Origin: Okamejei kenojei
Lineage: Eukaryota
Direction: 5' to 3'
Assembly (NCBI GenBank): GCA_035221665.1
Contig: CM069162.1
Span: 15,748,001-15,812,000 of the forward strand
Length of the DNA stretch: 64,000 nt
The notes beneath the pieces are model-generated. The model was not told the DNA's origin, did no database searches, and saw only the letters and a list, made by a program, of their open reading frames with translations. The position numbers were made by a program, and so were the translations under genes. Shown here one piece after another: positions 50,876 through 63,240 of this stretch (the first letter of the stretch is position 1; every line of letters starts with the position of its first letter).

Positions 50876-51974
50876 GGAGCGTGACTGAAGTTCAGAGGAA
50901 TTTGGCAGTTCTTTTGCATGAATTGCAAAATGTTTGCAGGCAGGTAATTCAGAAGGTATGCAATGTTTTGGACTTGATTGGAAAGGGTTTAAAAATGGGA
51001 AGTTTGTTGCAATTGTACAGTGTGTTGGTGGAGCCTCACCTGGAATAGTTAAGAAGGCATATGGCTGCTTGCCTTCAGAGGTCAGAGCATTTAACAGAAA
51101 ACATTGGGATGTTATGTCCCAGCTTTACAAAGCATTGCCCGCGCCATGCTTGGAGCATTGTGTGCTGTTTTGATCACCACACCAAAGAGAAGATACGATT
51201 GTGGTAGAGAGAGCGCAGAGGATATTGATCAGCATGTTGTTTTGGTTGGTGGACTTTACTTATGGGGACAGATTTTTACCCTTTACTCATATCCTCATTT
51301 CACTCATTTCCTTTCACTCTCTTTATTGGTTCACAGTAATCAGGAGAAAAAAAAAACACACACCAGTCAAGCAGCCTGCACATAAAATACAGAGTTTCAA
51401 ATTCGTGACACGAATGGAAACTCCAAGAAACACCCAAGAGATTGCAGATGTTGGAATCTGGAGTAAAAGTAAACAATCCATTGGAGAACCCGGTGGGGCA
51501 GGCAGCATCAGTGGGAGTAAAGAAATTGCCATCATTTGTGGTCAAAATCCTGCAGTCCTATGCCGGTCTGAAGAAGGGTACCTATTCTTTTTCTCCAGAG
51601 ATGCTGTTACTCCAGCTCTTTGTGTCTATCTAGGGTTTTGACCTGATGTGCCCCTCCAGCAGATTGTTTCATTGTTTCAAATTGGTATTCTGATGTGTAG
51701 AACATGTCAATTAATACAATAAGAGCTGTTTTGTTACATAGATGGTTTGTCTCTCATTTACTTTGTTGGCTCAGTGGTGTTTTCACTGTGTGTCTGTTTC
51801 CTATTTACCGATGACAAAGATTTGGAAGATGACTCCACTGTTGGGAGAGTCTTGAACAGACTTTCAAAATTAGAGGGAAGTCACTGAAAGTACAACAGAG
51901 ATGCGACTTTTTCTGTATCATATCTCCATCCTCACTGTGGCGTGACATTGTGGAGCTGGCAGTTACCTTTGCTG

Positions 51975-52372
51975 GGGATTGACTTCGGGAGCTCCAACCG
52001 CGGGAGCCTGCGGACTTAACATCTTGGAGCTTGCAATCCCTTTGTCAGGGATCGACTTCGAGAGCTCCATCAGCAGGAGCTTTGACCATCCCGATTGCAA
52101 GAGCTTCGATCGCCCCGACGTGGGAGCTTCGATCGCCGGCTGCGGAAGCTTCAATTGCACCGACTACGGATTGATCGATTGCACCGACCGCGGGAGAAAA
52201 GGAAGGAAGAAGTCAATACGTTATTGCCTTCCATCATAGTGCGCTGTGGTGGATGTTTATGTTAATTTTTATGTAGTTGAGTGTCTTGTTGCTTTTTTGG
52301 TATGACTGTCTGGCAAATCAAATTCCTTGTATGTTTTTGCATACTTGGCTAATAAATGAATTACAATTACAA
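51975..52372 (+). mobile_element. Non-LTR retroposon 3' end containing a CpG-rich ~22-bp minisatellite
   Basis: gagcttcgatcgccccgac-like units, then ttattgccttccatca..aataaa and a (ttacaa)n tail; second copy at 57050-57342. Confidence 0.7.
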
Positions 52373-53099
52373 AAAGCCCAGTGATGGAAGAAGGAGCTAG
52401 AGGCTGTAGGAGAAGGGGAAACCGGCAGTCTTCACAACCAATAAACCTACCAGCATGAGGCTAATAGGCAAAGTCTATATGGACAACACTGGAAGTTAGG
52501 ATTCAACCCAAGGTGACTGGAGCACTGTGGCTCACTCCAGCTACTCAGACAATACTTAGTACAGGCACAAAGGATATATAACATTGTCCACAAACTTCAA
52601 GAGTGGTATGATGGCAAGAAACACTGAACGTGTCCTCAGAATGGATCTTTATTAAATTAGTGCCAAGGTAATCATGCTAATGGATAACGTCCTTTATATA
52701 GTAAGAAAATCCATTTTAAATGAAAGGCTTCCATTTCTGTGGCACCTTTCAAGAACTAAGAAACAATTTGGTGACCAATTAATCAATTTGACAAGTATCG
52801 TTATTGTCAGGAAAGAATAAACAATTTGCAGAGAACAATCACCCCTAACTAGTGAGAAGATATGCCGATGATCTGTTTCAGTTACATTAATAGAAGGTTT
52901 AATAGTGGTCAGGGTTTTCATTCTCATCTTCAAGCAAAGTCACATATCTTAACACTGCAGTTAGCTCTGCTCTAACACGATAGTTGTGTTCCTAAGACAC
53001 CTGATGGTATAGAAAATCGCATTAATAACCCAATTATCAATGGGGAAAAAGAGGATGGGGAGAGAAAATTTCAGAGTGTCAATAATAAGAAGTGGGAGA

Positions 53100-53372
53100 G
53101 GGCTAAAGGTCATAGCCTCAGAATTAAAGGACATTTTTTTAGGAAAGAGATGAGGCGAAATTTATTTAGACAGAGGATAGTGAATCTGCCATAGAAGGCT
53201 GTGGAGTCAGTCAGTGGATATATTTAAGGCAGAGATAGATAGATTCTTGATTAGTACGGGTGTCAGAGGTTATGGGGATAAGGCAGGAGAATGGGTTTAG
53301 GAGGGAGCGATAGATCAGTCATGATTGAATGGCGGAGTAGACTTGATGGGCCAAATGGCCTAATTCTATTCC
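53100..53372 (+). mobile_element. CR1/HER1 LINE 3' end
   Basis: ggtcatagcctcagaattaaagg..ggcctaattct. Confidence 0.85.
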
Positions 53373-55154
53373 TAGTGACCTCTTGATAACAAAGGTATTT
53401 TTCCTGTAGAATTTACAAAAAGGTCTGTTCCACTGCAATAAGTTTATTTTTGCTATTGCAATCCAAAATACCAAGGGCTGTACATCCTTTAATAGAAACG
53501 ATTGCTGTCAGTTTGAATGGCCTCCTGCGGTGAAAATAGCAGCTGTGTTCTGAAGAGAGAATGGTGTCGGATTTATGCAGGGAGGTTACATGGAAACAGG
53601 ACAGCTTCATCTCCACTTGTCAATTTTCAGAATAACGAGGAGCTTCTCTTAATGCTGATCAAAATCACATTGTAACCAATTTGTCCAGCGTAATGAAAAT
53701 AGTGTTCCCTAATTCATCACTCATGTTATATTTAATTTGTATTATGGAACACAGACAAGGAAGGCACTCCCTGCATGGGGCTGCCCATGACTAAATGCCA
53801 ATTTTAGCCTCATTAGCCTGGTATCCCACCATTGCTGTTATTTACCTCCTTACAGGTGATCTTTCAGGTACAGGGTAGGGATCGGCTGGTCATCAGAGAG
53901 GTTGGAAAATTGTCTTCAGCTCAAAAAAAATACAAGGAACTTAAAAAGTGATTAAAGTTAATTTTTAATAGTAATCCTTCACATTGCTGTTTCACTTCTC
54001 CAACTTCCCTGGATACACCCCTGGTTAATGAATCAATACCACTGGTGGAAAATAAAAGCGCAAGACATCACAGGACCAGAGTTGCCACCTTTACAATGGA
54101 CCTTCTCCAATACTCTGGACATTCCAAATCACAAGGCAGCTCTTTGCCTTTAATATACTTTGCAGTTCTACACCGAAGATTGATGTTGGCGCTAAAATAT
54201 AGGCTGCTTTCTTGATCACTCAGTTAAGTTTGGTAAGCTGCTGTTACTCCTAATACCAATGGATAGGAGTGTCTTGCAGTTGCTCCATCTCAGACTATCC
54301 AATCCATTAGAAAATGTTATACATTGTAACACATTGCATGGACCACTCTAAAATGATTAACTCTTCCACTAATTTACTTCTAAGTAAACAACAGCCATTA
54401 ACATTGGTTTATACTTATTACAATTACATGCTGTGTGTTTCAAATAATTTGTAGGACCTGGTTTCAATTCGAAATACAATTGATGTTAACTTTCCTACAA
54501 TTGGCCAGCGACCGTTCACAACAATAAAGGATCACATTGAATGGCTGAAGGGCCGAATGGCCTACTCGTGCACCTATTGTCTATAAAATCTGTTGCTTTC
54601 CATACGAGAAAATTCTGCAAATTCTCTGCAGTCAGGCGGCATTCGTGGAGAGAAACTGTCAACATTTCAAGTTGATGCCATTTCATAAGAAGAGTGGTTT
54701 TGAGTGGTGGAGGATTCTGATGAAAGGTCATCAAACTAAAACGTTAACATAGAGAAAAGCCCCTCTCTTCATAGATGCTGCCTGACCTGCTGAACATTTT
54801 TACAGAATTTTCTGCTGCTCTTTCAGATTTCCCGCATCTACAGGGGCTTTTTTCTGTTAGAAGAAAAGGAATCTGTATTTGCAGATTTCCAAATACAATA
54901 AACAAGCTTAGAAAAACTGGGACAAATTAATGCAATCTCGTACAGCTTAGAGACATAAAAGCAATCAGGATATCCACACTTTGTTCCCCTGAAGAACAGG
55001 GAATCCTCTCAGTTAATAAAACAATTACTATAAGCGATAAATTAGGCCAATGAGTGTTCCAACTACGTGACTGTAGCAATGAGAGGGTTCAGTAGTATGT
55101 AACTATTAATGACACATATTCAGAGGGAGAGAGGAGCAACCTGGACAACTAACA

Positions 55155-55390
55155 TCAGACGGGTACGGGGACTGTGCCCTGTGGTGTGACCTTGGCCAGT
55201 CGATTCTTGTCCGTCCGACAGCAGGGTTGGCAGGCTCTGCAGAAGGAGTTACAACACGGTACAAATCTGCAGACACTGAGTCTCCAAACCAACCAGCCCG
55301 GTGACCAGCAGCACCAGAACAGCAGGATAGCCCCTGCAATGACTCCCAGGATGATGTAGAGAGTGAGCAGCGAAACATAGGACTTGTTGT
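55155..55390 (-). CDS. LDLRAD2: LDLRAD2 last coding exon: TM helix plus Cys-rich cytoplasmic tail
   Basis: ttcccag|AC AAC..GTC TGA; (D)NKSYVSLLTLYIILGVIAGAILLFWCCWSPGWLVWRLSVCRFVPCCNSFCRACQPCCRTDKNRLAKVTPQGTVPVPV*. This frame is absent from the ORF track. Tail-to-tail with HSPG2 as in human. Confidence 0.85.
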
Positions 55391-55634
55391 CTGGGAAAGA
55401 AGAGAGAAATGTTTAAGTCAAAGATCCAACATAGCTGGAAGAAATTCACTCTTAAGTCAATGTGGAAACAAAGTTCGCATGTACTTTATAGTATCAAGTG
55501 CCCCGTTAATTTAAATGTGGAGCTGATCTCCAGCAATGGCCCTGCTGATATTTATGGGTCAGATGGACTGCAACTCCTGAGCAAAGCACTGGACAGGTGG
55601 AAGGGCTTATATAGTCCTGATCCATAATGTTCAG

Positions 55635-56030
55635 GAGACACAAGGAAGTTCAGATTCTGGTTTACAAATGAAGACACAAAGTGCTGGAATAATTCAGTGG
55701 GTCACGCAGCATCTCTGGAGAATATGGATGTTTTGTGGCAGGATCCTTCTTCAGACTGATTATGGTGGGGGTGGAAGCTGGAAGAGAAGTGGAGGCCTGG
55801 CAAGTGAGAAGTGGATACAGGTGGGGGGTTCATTTTTCCAGATGGTTGGACAAATGCCAGAGATGAAATAACAAAAAATGTGAGATAAGGAGGGTGAGAG
55901 AAAATGTGCAAACTGTGAAGCCAGAGGAAGGAATATAGGTGAAAGGGGATGGGGAAGGGAAGAAATTAGTACACATTCAGGTGGACCACAGGGAAGGGGA
56001 GGGGGAGGTGGGGTTGTTTGTAGGTTGTTC
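55635..56030 (-). mobile_element. Penelope-like 3' terminal fragment
   Basis: Reverse complement of the 43646-44001 type. Confidence 0.7.
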
Positions 56031-57049
56031 ACGCCTGCTCCAGCCTTGGGGATTTTATGACAGCTTCTCCTTTACCCCTTCAATGACTCAACCTTGACGT
56101 AGAACTGATCAGTTTGAACATGGAATCGGAGGGGGGGGGGGGGGGGTTGGGGGGTAGTTCGGTAGTTCCTATGGTCTGACTCAGTTATCAGATTTGCAGT
56201 TCTTAAAGTGAGGGAGACAGTTTAAAGGTGGGAGGGTGTGGTGGTAGGATGTTCTGTCACTTATCTTACAGAGGATAGTGGAAATGAGTTTGGAGTCCTG
56301 TTCAGTGTGCACTTCTGTAAAAGCTGGTACAGTAGTGTGGAGAGGGCAATTAAGGCCAAAGAGCCTGTTTCAATGCTGTGTAACTCCATGACTAACCTTT
56401 GCTGCATTCGCAAGAGAGAGTTGGATATAGCTCTTAGGGCTAATGGAATCAAGGGATATGGGGAGAAAGCAGGAACGGAGTACTGATTCTGGATGATGAG
56501 CCACGATCATAGTGAATGGCGGTGCTGGCTCGAAGGGCCAAATGGCCTACTCCTGCACCTATTTTCTATGTCTCTATGTTATCCAACTTAATTCTTTCTT
56601 GTGTACAGAAATCAGACCTGTGTATAATGTTCCAGATGCGGTCTCATCGTGGCCTTTTATCGTTGGAGTAAGATGTCTCAACTCTAGTGCTCTTGCAATG
56701 AAGCCCAGCATATTCCTATCATTTCTGCATGAACGAGTTAATTTTACTAAGTCTACAAGGACAGCCAGATCCATCAGAACACCAATTCCTTTCATTCTGT
56801 CACCATTTAAGAACTACTCCCCATTTCTATTTTCTCCACCAAAGTTGACGACCTTTCACAATATATTCCATCTGCCATCTATTCATGGAACTGGTCAATA
56901 TTTCCCCAAAGCCTCTGAGCAATCTCCTCATGGTCCACTGTATCACGTTGTACCATGTTATAAAATACAGCATTTCTGAAAGGTTTTAAGTTGCCTTTAA
57001 AGGGTTAGAATTTCTACCCAGCCAAGACAAGGCTAGAGATTGGAATTAG

Positions 57050-57342
57050 GGACCGACTTTGGGAGCCTCAAGCCGCGGGAGCTTCGATCGCCCCGATCAC
57101 AAGAGCTTCGATCGCCTCGACTGAGGATGGTTCGACTCCCCCGACCGTGGGGGAAGAAGGAGGAAAGATGATAAGACTTTATTGCCTTCCATCACAGTGA
57201 GAAATGTGGAGGAGGCGTTGTGCTGGATGTTTATGTCAAATTTTATGTCTTTTTGTGTGTTGTTGCTTTTTTGATATGACAGTATGGCTAACCAAATTCC
57301 TCGTATGTTGCAAAACATACTTGGCAAATAAATTACGATTAT
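57050..57342 (+). mobile_element. Second copy of the minisatellite-bearing retroposon 3' end
   Basis: gagcttcgatcgcc units, ttattgccttccatcacagtg..aataaa. Confidence 0.7.
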
Positions 57343-57502
57343 GATCGTAGGCAGTGACGCGCGGCGCCCCAGGATTTTGGGATTCTCAAAATCCTCGCTC
57401 GCCACCTGCGTAACATGCAAATGACGTCCAAGTGGGACAGGCTCTTAAGGCAACACATTTCTTCAAAGGGAAAATTATCATGTTGGAATTTAAATATAGC
57501 AC

Positions 57503-57664
57503 CTGCAGCAGAGTCTGGATAAAGAATGCTGTTTGAAAGAGGGTGATGATGCCTTCTTGGTGTCTGGCAAAGAGAGCTAAGATTGATGGAAGGTGATGGT
57601 GAATTGATTCGCTCCATTGTGCTTGTACTGGTTTCATTGGGAGTTGGCATGGTGGTGAAGTTAC
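57503..57664 (-). CDS. LDLRAD2: LDLRAD2 Ser/Thr/Pro-rich stalk exon
   Basis: ttttgtag|GT AAC..GCA G|gtgcta; 162 nt, phase 1-1, open: GNFTTMPTPNETSTSTMERINSPSPSINLSSLCQTPRRHHHPLSNSILYPDSAA; joins the TM exon in frame. Confidence 0.78.
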
Positions 57665-58039
57665 CTACAAAAGAAGAAAATAATAATGGGTGATAACATC
57701 AAAATATACTTGTGCTATCAAAAGTCTTTCAAAAGCATGAAACCTAGGTACCGATAGTTACAAATGTGTCACATATCCACAAAAAGGCACCACACAAAAT
57801 ATTGCGTTTGTTAATTTAGATTACGGGAATGCGCAGGGTAAGTTTTCTACAGACAATGGTAGGTACCTGGAACATGTTGCCAGGGGTGTGATGGAAACAG
57901 ATACAATAGTGATAGGCATATTCTAGATAGGCAGGGATATGAATCACATGCAAGAACAGGAGATTAGTTTAACTTGGCACCATGTCATTGACATTGTGGG
58001 CCAGAGGATCTGTTCCGATGCTGTGCTGTTCGCTGTGTT

Positions 58040-59250
58040 TTTTTTAAGAAGGGCTGCGAGCAAAACTGGGAACTGCTGATCTGTAATCCTAACACCTGTG
58101 GTAGGTAAGTTACTGGCGGGGATTCTGAGGGATAAGGTATACATGCATTTGGACAGACAGGGGTTAAGGATTAAGGATTGTGATTACGCATTGTGTATGG
58201 GAGATCGTCCTTCACAAATTTGATGGAGTTATTTGAAGAAGTAATCAAGAAGGACGATGATGGCAAAGCAGTAGGCATAAACTATAACGGCTTCAGCAAG
58301 GCCTTTAATATGGTTCTGCATGGTAGGATGCTCTGTAAGGTTAGACTATAAGTGAACCTCAGAGAGCTAGCTAATTGGATACATAATTAGCATGATTTTT
58401 AGGAAGCAGAGGTGGTGGTGGAAGGTAATTTTTTAGACTGGAGCCCTGTGATTTGTGCAATGTCTCAATAATTGGTTCTGGGCCCATTGTTGTTTGTTAT
58501 CTAAAATCCATGATTTGAACATAAATGTGCAAGGCATGGTTAGTAAGTTTGTAATTGACACTAAAATAGGTGATATCATCAACATCATGAAGAAGGTTAT
58601 TAAAAATTAAAGTGGGATTTTGATCAGCTGGCTGAGGGAGCTGTGGAATGGAAAGGAAATCAAACCAAGAGAGGACTTTCACTGTGAACGGTGGGGTTGT
58701 AGAATAGGGGGACCTAGGAGTGAAAGTGCATAACAGCCTGAAAGTGGAGTGAGAAGATAGACGGGGTATTGAAGAAGACTTTTGACATGTTGGCCTTCAA
58801 TCAGCAAATTGAATATAGAAGTTGGGATGTTTTGTTGCATTTCTACAAGTTATTGGAGTGTTGTTTTCAGTTTGTCAGTGCTATAAGAAAGATAACATAA
58901 AGCTGGAAAAAGTATACAAAAGATCAATGTTGCCAGAACTCAAGAGATGAGTTCTAGCGAGAAGTTGGGCAAGCAAGATGATTTTTCCTTGGCGGGCAGG
59001 AGTCTAAAGGGCGATCTTGTGGAGGTGTATAAAATCATGAAGGGTATGCGTCAGGAAGATGTTTTGTCTTTTTCCTGGGGTTGGGGAATCAAATAGTATC
59101 CAAAGGTTTAAGGTAAGAGGTGAACATTTAATTGGAAACTGACTAGTAACCTTTTCACACAGTGGATGGTAGGTATATGCTGCCAGAAAAAGTAGTTGAG
59201 GCAAAGTAAAAACATTTAATAGATATTTGGATAGGTACATGGGTAAGAAT
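58040..59250 (+). mobile_element. Degenerate CR1-type LINE
   Basis: FSKAF.., W..KW.., RGDLVEVYKIM motifs with many stops. Confidence 0.8.
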
Positions 59251-59894
59251 GGTGTGGAGGTCACATTTTTTGTCATTTCTGTTTTTCTTTCAGTAGATCT
59301 TGGTGCAGTCTAGCCAGATCTGGCAGTAACGAGGAAGTTGGATATTGCTTCAAGTGGCAGAAGTCCATATCAAGTAAATCACTCTCTTTTGGCTGGTGCC
59401 AGACTTCCCGATTGTTGTTGGTGTAGCAATTAAATAGTAATCAGCCAGTCATCTAATGAGTATCCATTGTACTCTTGATCTGAGCCTTACTATAATAGAT
59501 AGATCTGATGTGATAATATTACAAAGGCAAATATGATCATGGGAAGTTAAAAGATACACACGGTCAATGAATGAAATCCGATAATGGAGTGTTTTTTATG
59601 GTAGATTTTCTATTTACTTTTTGCTGGTAAATTAGAATCAAATGGGTTTTTTTAATCTCGTAAACTATTGGTTAATTTCCGTTCATGGATCTTTCTTGAC
59701 TTTGTGAACAGACACCATTGATGGGAGAAATAACGTACTCTTTCTTTCCTGGCCTCTAATTGTTTACAGCCAGTGAAATGCCATTGAAATCCTTGTGTAA
59801 ATATAAGAACAGTTTATTTCCACAGAGCAATGAGATAACGGCCTCCTGTCTGTGGAACTTAAATTCTGCCACCTACCGCCGCCATCACAATAAA

Positions 59895-60118
59895 CAATAG
59901 ACAATAGGTGCAGGAGTAGGCCATTCGGCCCTTCAAGCAAGCACCGCTATTCAATATGATCATGGCTGATCATCCACAATCAGTACCCCGTTCCTGCCTT
60001 CTCGCCATATTCCCTGACTCCGCTTTCCTTAAGAGCTCTATCTAACTCTCTCTTGAAAGCGTCCAGAGAATTGGCCTCCGCTGCCTTCTGAGGCAGAGAA
60101 TTCCACAGATTCACTACT
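59895..60118 (-). mobile_element. CR1/HER1 LINE 3' tail
   Basis: (acaatag)n tail then ggtgcaggagtaggccattcggccc. Confidence 0.85.
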
Positions 60119-60124
60119 CACTTT

Positions 60125-60375
60125 TTAAATGAGGTTGGTTGAGGGATAAATGTTGGCCAGAATGTTGAAGTGAGCTTACCAACATTGAAACTGTGCCATA
60201 GGACCTTCATAAGATAGAAAGGAGCTTACATTCACATCTCATCAAAAGGAAATGCCTCCAGCCGTGCAGCAGTCCTTCTGAACTTCACCGAAGCAGCCCA
60301 AGTAAAGTTCTCAAATCTCTGAAGTGGAACTTCAACCCCCAACATCTGCCCCAGAGACAACTGTGCCACCACTGG
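60125..60375 (-). mobile_element. Ancient Deu-domain SINE
   Basis: gttggttgagggataaatgttggccag..tgccatagga..ggaacttcaaccc. Confidence 0.6.
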
Positions 60376-60581
60376 ATTTTTCAAACTAGGCCCTACTAAA
60401 AAATTGGCAACTTGTGGTTCAGTTAATATGACTTGACTCTGAGATTGCAGGCAGGTCTGAGAGATCCAATATTCAAGATTATAGCATGATTATACCTTTG
60501 CTGTGAAATTTCCATTCTAGGTTCAAATGCTAATTTACACCATTGACCGAGTTTTAGTCAAGCCAAATATGCTGGTCTTAT

Positions 60582-60729
60582 GTTTACATTTTTCTGATGG
60601 AAATCCTGACATCACTACCATTGCCACAGTAATCAATACTCTCTGAATCATAGACCAGACTCATTGGAATACATTTTCCATTTTGGCATTGAAAGTATGC
60701 CTCTTCAATGCACTTTGAAGATTTCAAAC
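60582..60729 (-). pseudogene. LDLRAD2: LDLRAD2 LDL-receptor class A exon, apparently disabled
   Basis: cacag|GT TTG; GLKSSKCIEEAYFQCQNGKCIPMSLVYDSESIDYCGNGSD resembles human [30 protein letters not shown]; in-frame TAA at 60584-60586; expected donor reads AT not GT. Confidence 0.7.
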
Positions 60730-60909
60730 CTGTGATTAAGTACTTGAAAGTTTCAGATTCTGCTTCCAAGTGAAGAGTAATGAGAGCATATAATTTTCAG
60801 AAAATGTATGCCTTGCAGGGACCACAACAAAGGTTTATTTCGAAGATAGACACAAAAAGCTGGAGTAACTCAGCGGGACAGGCAGCATCTCTGGAAAGAA
60901 GGAATGGAT

Positions 60910-60937
60910 GACTTTTCGGGTCGAGACCCTTCTTCAG
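60910..60937 (-). ncRNA. Minimal hammerhead-like motif in a Penelope-derived repeat
   Basis: CTGAAGA-A-GGGT(CTCG)ACCC-GAAAA-GTC: CUGANGA and GAAA core intact, but the C expected to pair in helix III reads A. Confidence 0.55.
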
Positions 60938-62367
60938 ACTGATTTATTACACTGATTTCTGGGAAGATCTGCCTACGACATTGCATAAGATAAATTGACC
61001 AATAACCAGTGCGAAGTGGTAACTGTAATTAGGACTGAGAGTTAAAAGGTTCATTCCACAACACTATATATTTTCCAGAGCTCCCATCCATGCCATTAAA
61101 ACTTGCCTACAGAATTTACAATCTACCGTTTACAAAGATAGTTTCAACCTTATATGGCAGCTGTAAATTGGCCATGAAATGCATTTAGAACCAAACTTAA
61201 GAACCCGGTTTAATAAAACCAAAATTGTTTCAATGTTTATAAAGGTTTAGTACAATGTGATTAAATGGTGATATTTCCATATATCCTTACATCGTAGCAA
61301 GAGGACATTTGGCTGACTCCGTACAATCCCAATAACAGTGATGCAGCTTTGCACACCACACCAACTGGAAATCTCATTGAGGTTCCCCGACCATTGGATC
61401 TTGATAGCAAACAGAAAATGATAATATTCTTTCCATTCATTGGTACAAGTTTTGGATAGACGCACAAGAGATAAAGGAGGTCAATTTAACTTCAGTTAGA
61501 TTGTAGACTGTAAGGCCCATGTCCATCCAACCACATTTTATGCTCCTTCAAGTGCAATCAGAAAATCTAAACCGGTTTCCAAAAGTGCAATGGGATGCAA
61601 GATTTCACTGAATAAACAATATTGGTTGAGAGTTCAGTGAGATCATATGATCATTGGTCATGTTTCAGGTAGTCCTTGTGTGTGTTTCAGTGATGTGACA
61701 ACCCAGCGAGTCTGAGACACATCCTGACATCCCAAGGCCTTTCCACATTCTACGGCATAGCTTAGATGCTTGATGGAATATTCTTCCCTTGTCAGCAGCT
61801 CTCAAAGAGCTCTCACCATATTCTAGGACAAGCAGCCTGTTCATTTGACACCTCATCAACCATCAAAATACAAAAGGTTTATCCCCTCTATCACACTGGC
61901 TGCCATGTGTACTACTGTATCTGCAAAAGGCACTGCAATTACTACTCTGACAGCAGCTTCTAAGTCACAATACCACCATCTGCAGGCTTCATTCCAAGTG
62001 GTGCCTCATCCTGACTCAGAAATATTTCATTCTTTCCTCATCACTGAATCTAAATCCTGGAACTTCCTAGCCAATAGCACTGAAGAGGCACTGTCCTCGG
62101 AAGGCAACAGCAGCTCACTATCATTTTCTCAAGAGCAATCTGGTAATAATTGCAGACCTTGCCAGTGATGCTCATGTCCCGGAAATGAATTAAATGGAAG
62201 TAAAAGAAAAAAACATTCACTTCAGCGCAGGCTTTAGCTAAACCATGTGCAAAGTTTGATATAGTTCCACGTGAAATTACATATTTACTTACTGGAGTAT
62301 GATTCCAATAACTTTATTGAAGTGGCTTAAGTTGCTACAGAAATGTAACAATGTTTGAGAGAGCCTT

Positions 62368-62640
62368 AGACGTTTAGACTTTAGAGATACTGTGTGGAAA
62401 CAGGCCCTTCCGACCACTGAGTCCGTGCCGATCAATGATCACCCCGTACACTAACACTACCCTACATACTAGGGACAATCTATAATTTTACCGGCCAATT
62501 AATCTACAAACCTGTACATCTTTGGAGTGTGGGGGGAAATTGGAGCACCCGGCGAAAATCCACGCAATTGTAGTCAGGATCGAACCCGGGTCTCTGGTGC
62601 TGTAAGGCAGCAGCTCTAGCACTCCGCTACTGTGACGTCC
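62368..62640 (-). mobile_element. HE1-type V-SINE (internal deletion)
   Basis: ggatcgaacccggg B-box reverse; V-domain; tail. Confidence 0.85.
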
Positions 62641-62659
62641 CTTAAAATAATGGATGTAA

Positions 62660-63125
62660 TCCTGGGATGGCAGGACTTCCATATGAAGAAAGACTGGATA
62701 GACTCGGCTTGTACTCGCTGGAATTTAGGAGATTGAGGGGGGATCTTATAGAGACTTACAAAATTCTTAAGGGGTTGGACAGGCTAGATGCAGGAAGATT
62801 GTTCCCGATGTTGGGGAACTCCAGAACAAGGGGTCACAGTTTAAGGATAAGGGGGAAGTCTTTTAGGACCGAGATGAGAAGATCTTTTTTCACACAGAGA
62901 GTGGTGAGTCTGTGGAATTCTCTGCCACAGAAGGTAGTTGAGGCCAGTTAATTGGCTATATTTAAGAGGGAGTTAGATGTGGCCCTTGTGGCTAAAGGGA
63001 TCATGGGGTATGGAGAGAAGGCAGGTAGAGGATACTGAGTTGGATGATCAGCCATGATCATATTGAATGGCGGTGCAGGCTCGAAGGGCCAAATGGCCTA
63101 CTCCTGCACCTATTTTCTATGATTC
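62660..63125 (+). mobile_element. Young-looking CR1/HER1 LINE 3' end
   Basis: Open ORF MAGLPYEERLDRLGLYSLEFRRLRGDLIETYKILKG..TRGHSLRI..FFTQRVVSLWNSLP plus tail. Confidence 0.93.
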
Positions 63126-63240
63126 TAATAATGAATTCCACTTAAAATAATGGCTGTTTGATTGGAACATTTAGAGAATGTTAGTTACTGATAAATGATA
63201 CACATATTTCATCCATGCAATATTCAGGGTTTGTCAGGAC

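Noticed and set aside
51975-52200. CRISPR-like repeat array
   Set aside because: Degenerate tandem units with no unique spacers, in vertebrate DNA with no cas genes.
61291-61400. Minus-strand segment with AG and gtaagg splice-like ends inside LDLRAD2
   Set aside because: No frame resembles the LDLRAD2 N-terminal domain or any protein I recognise.
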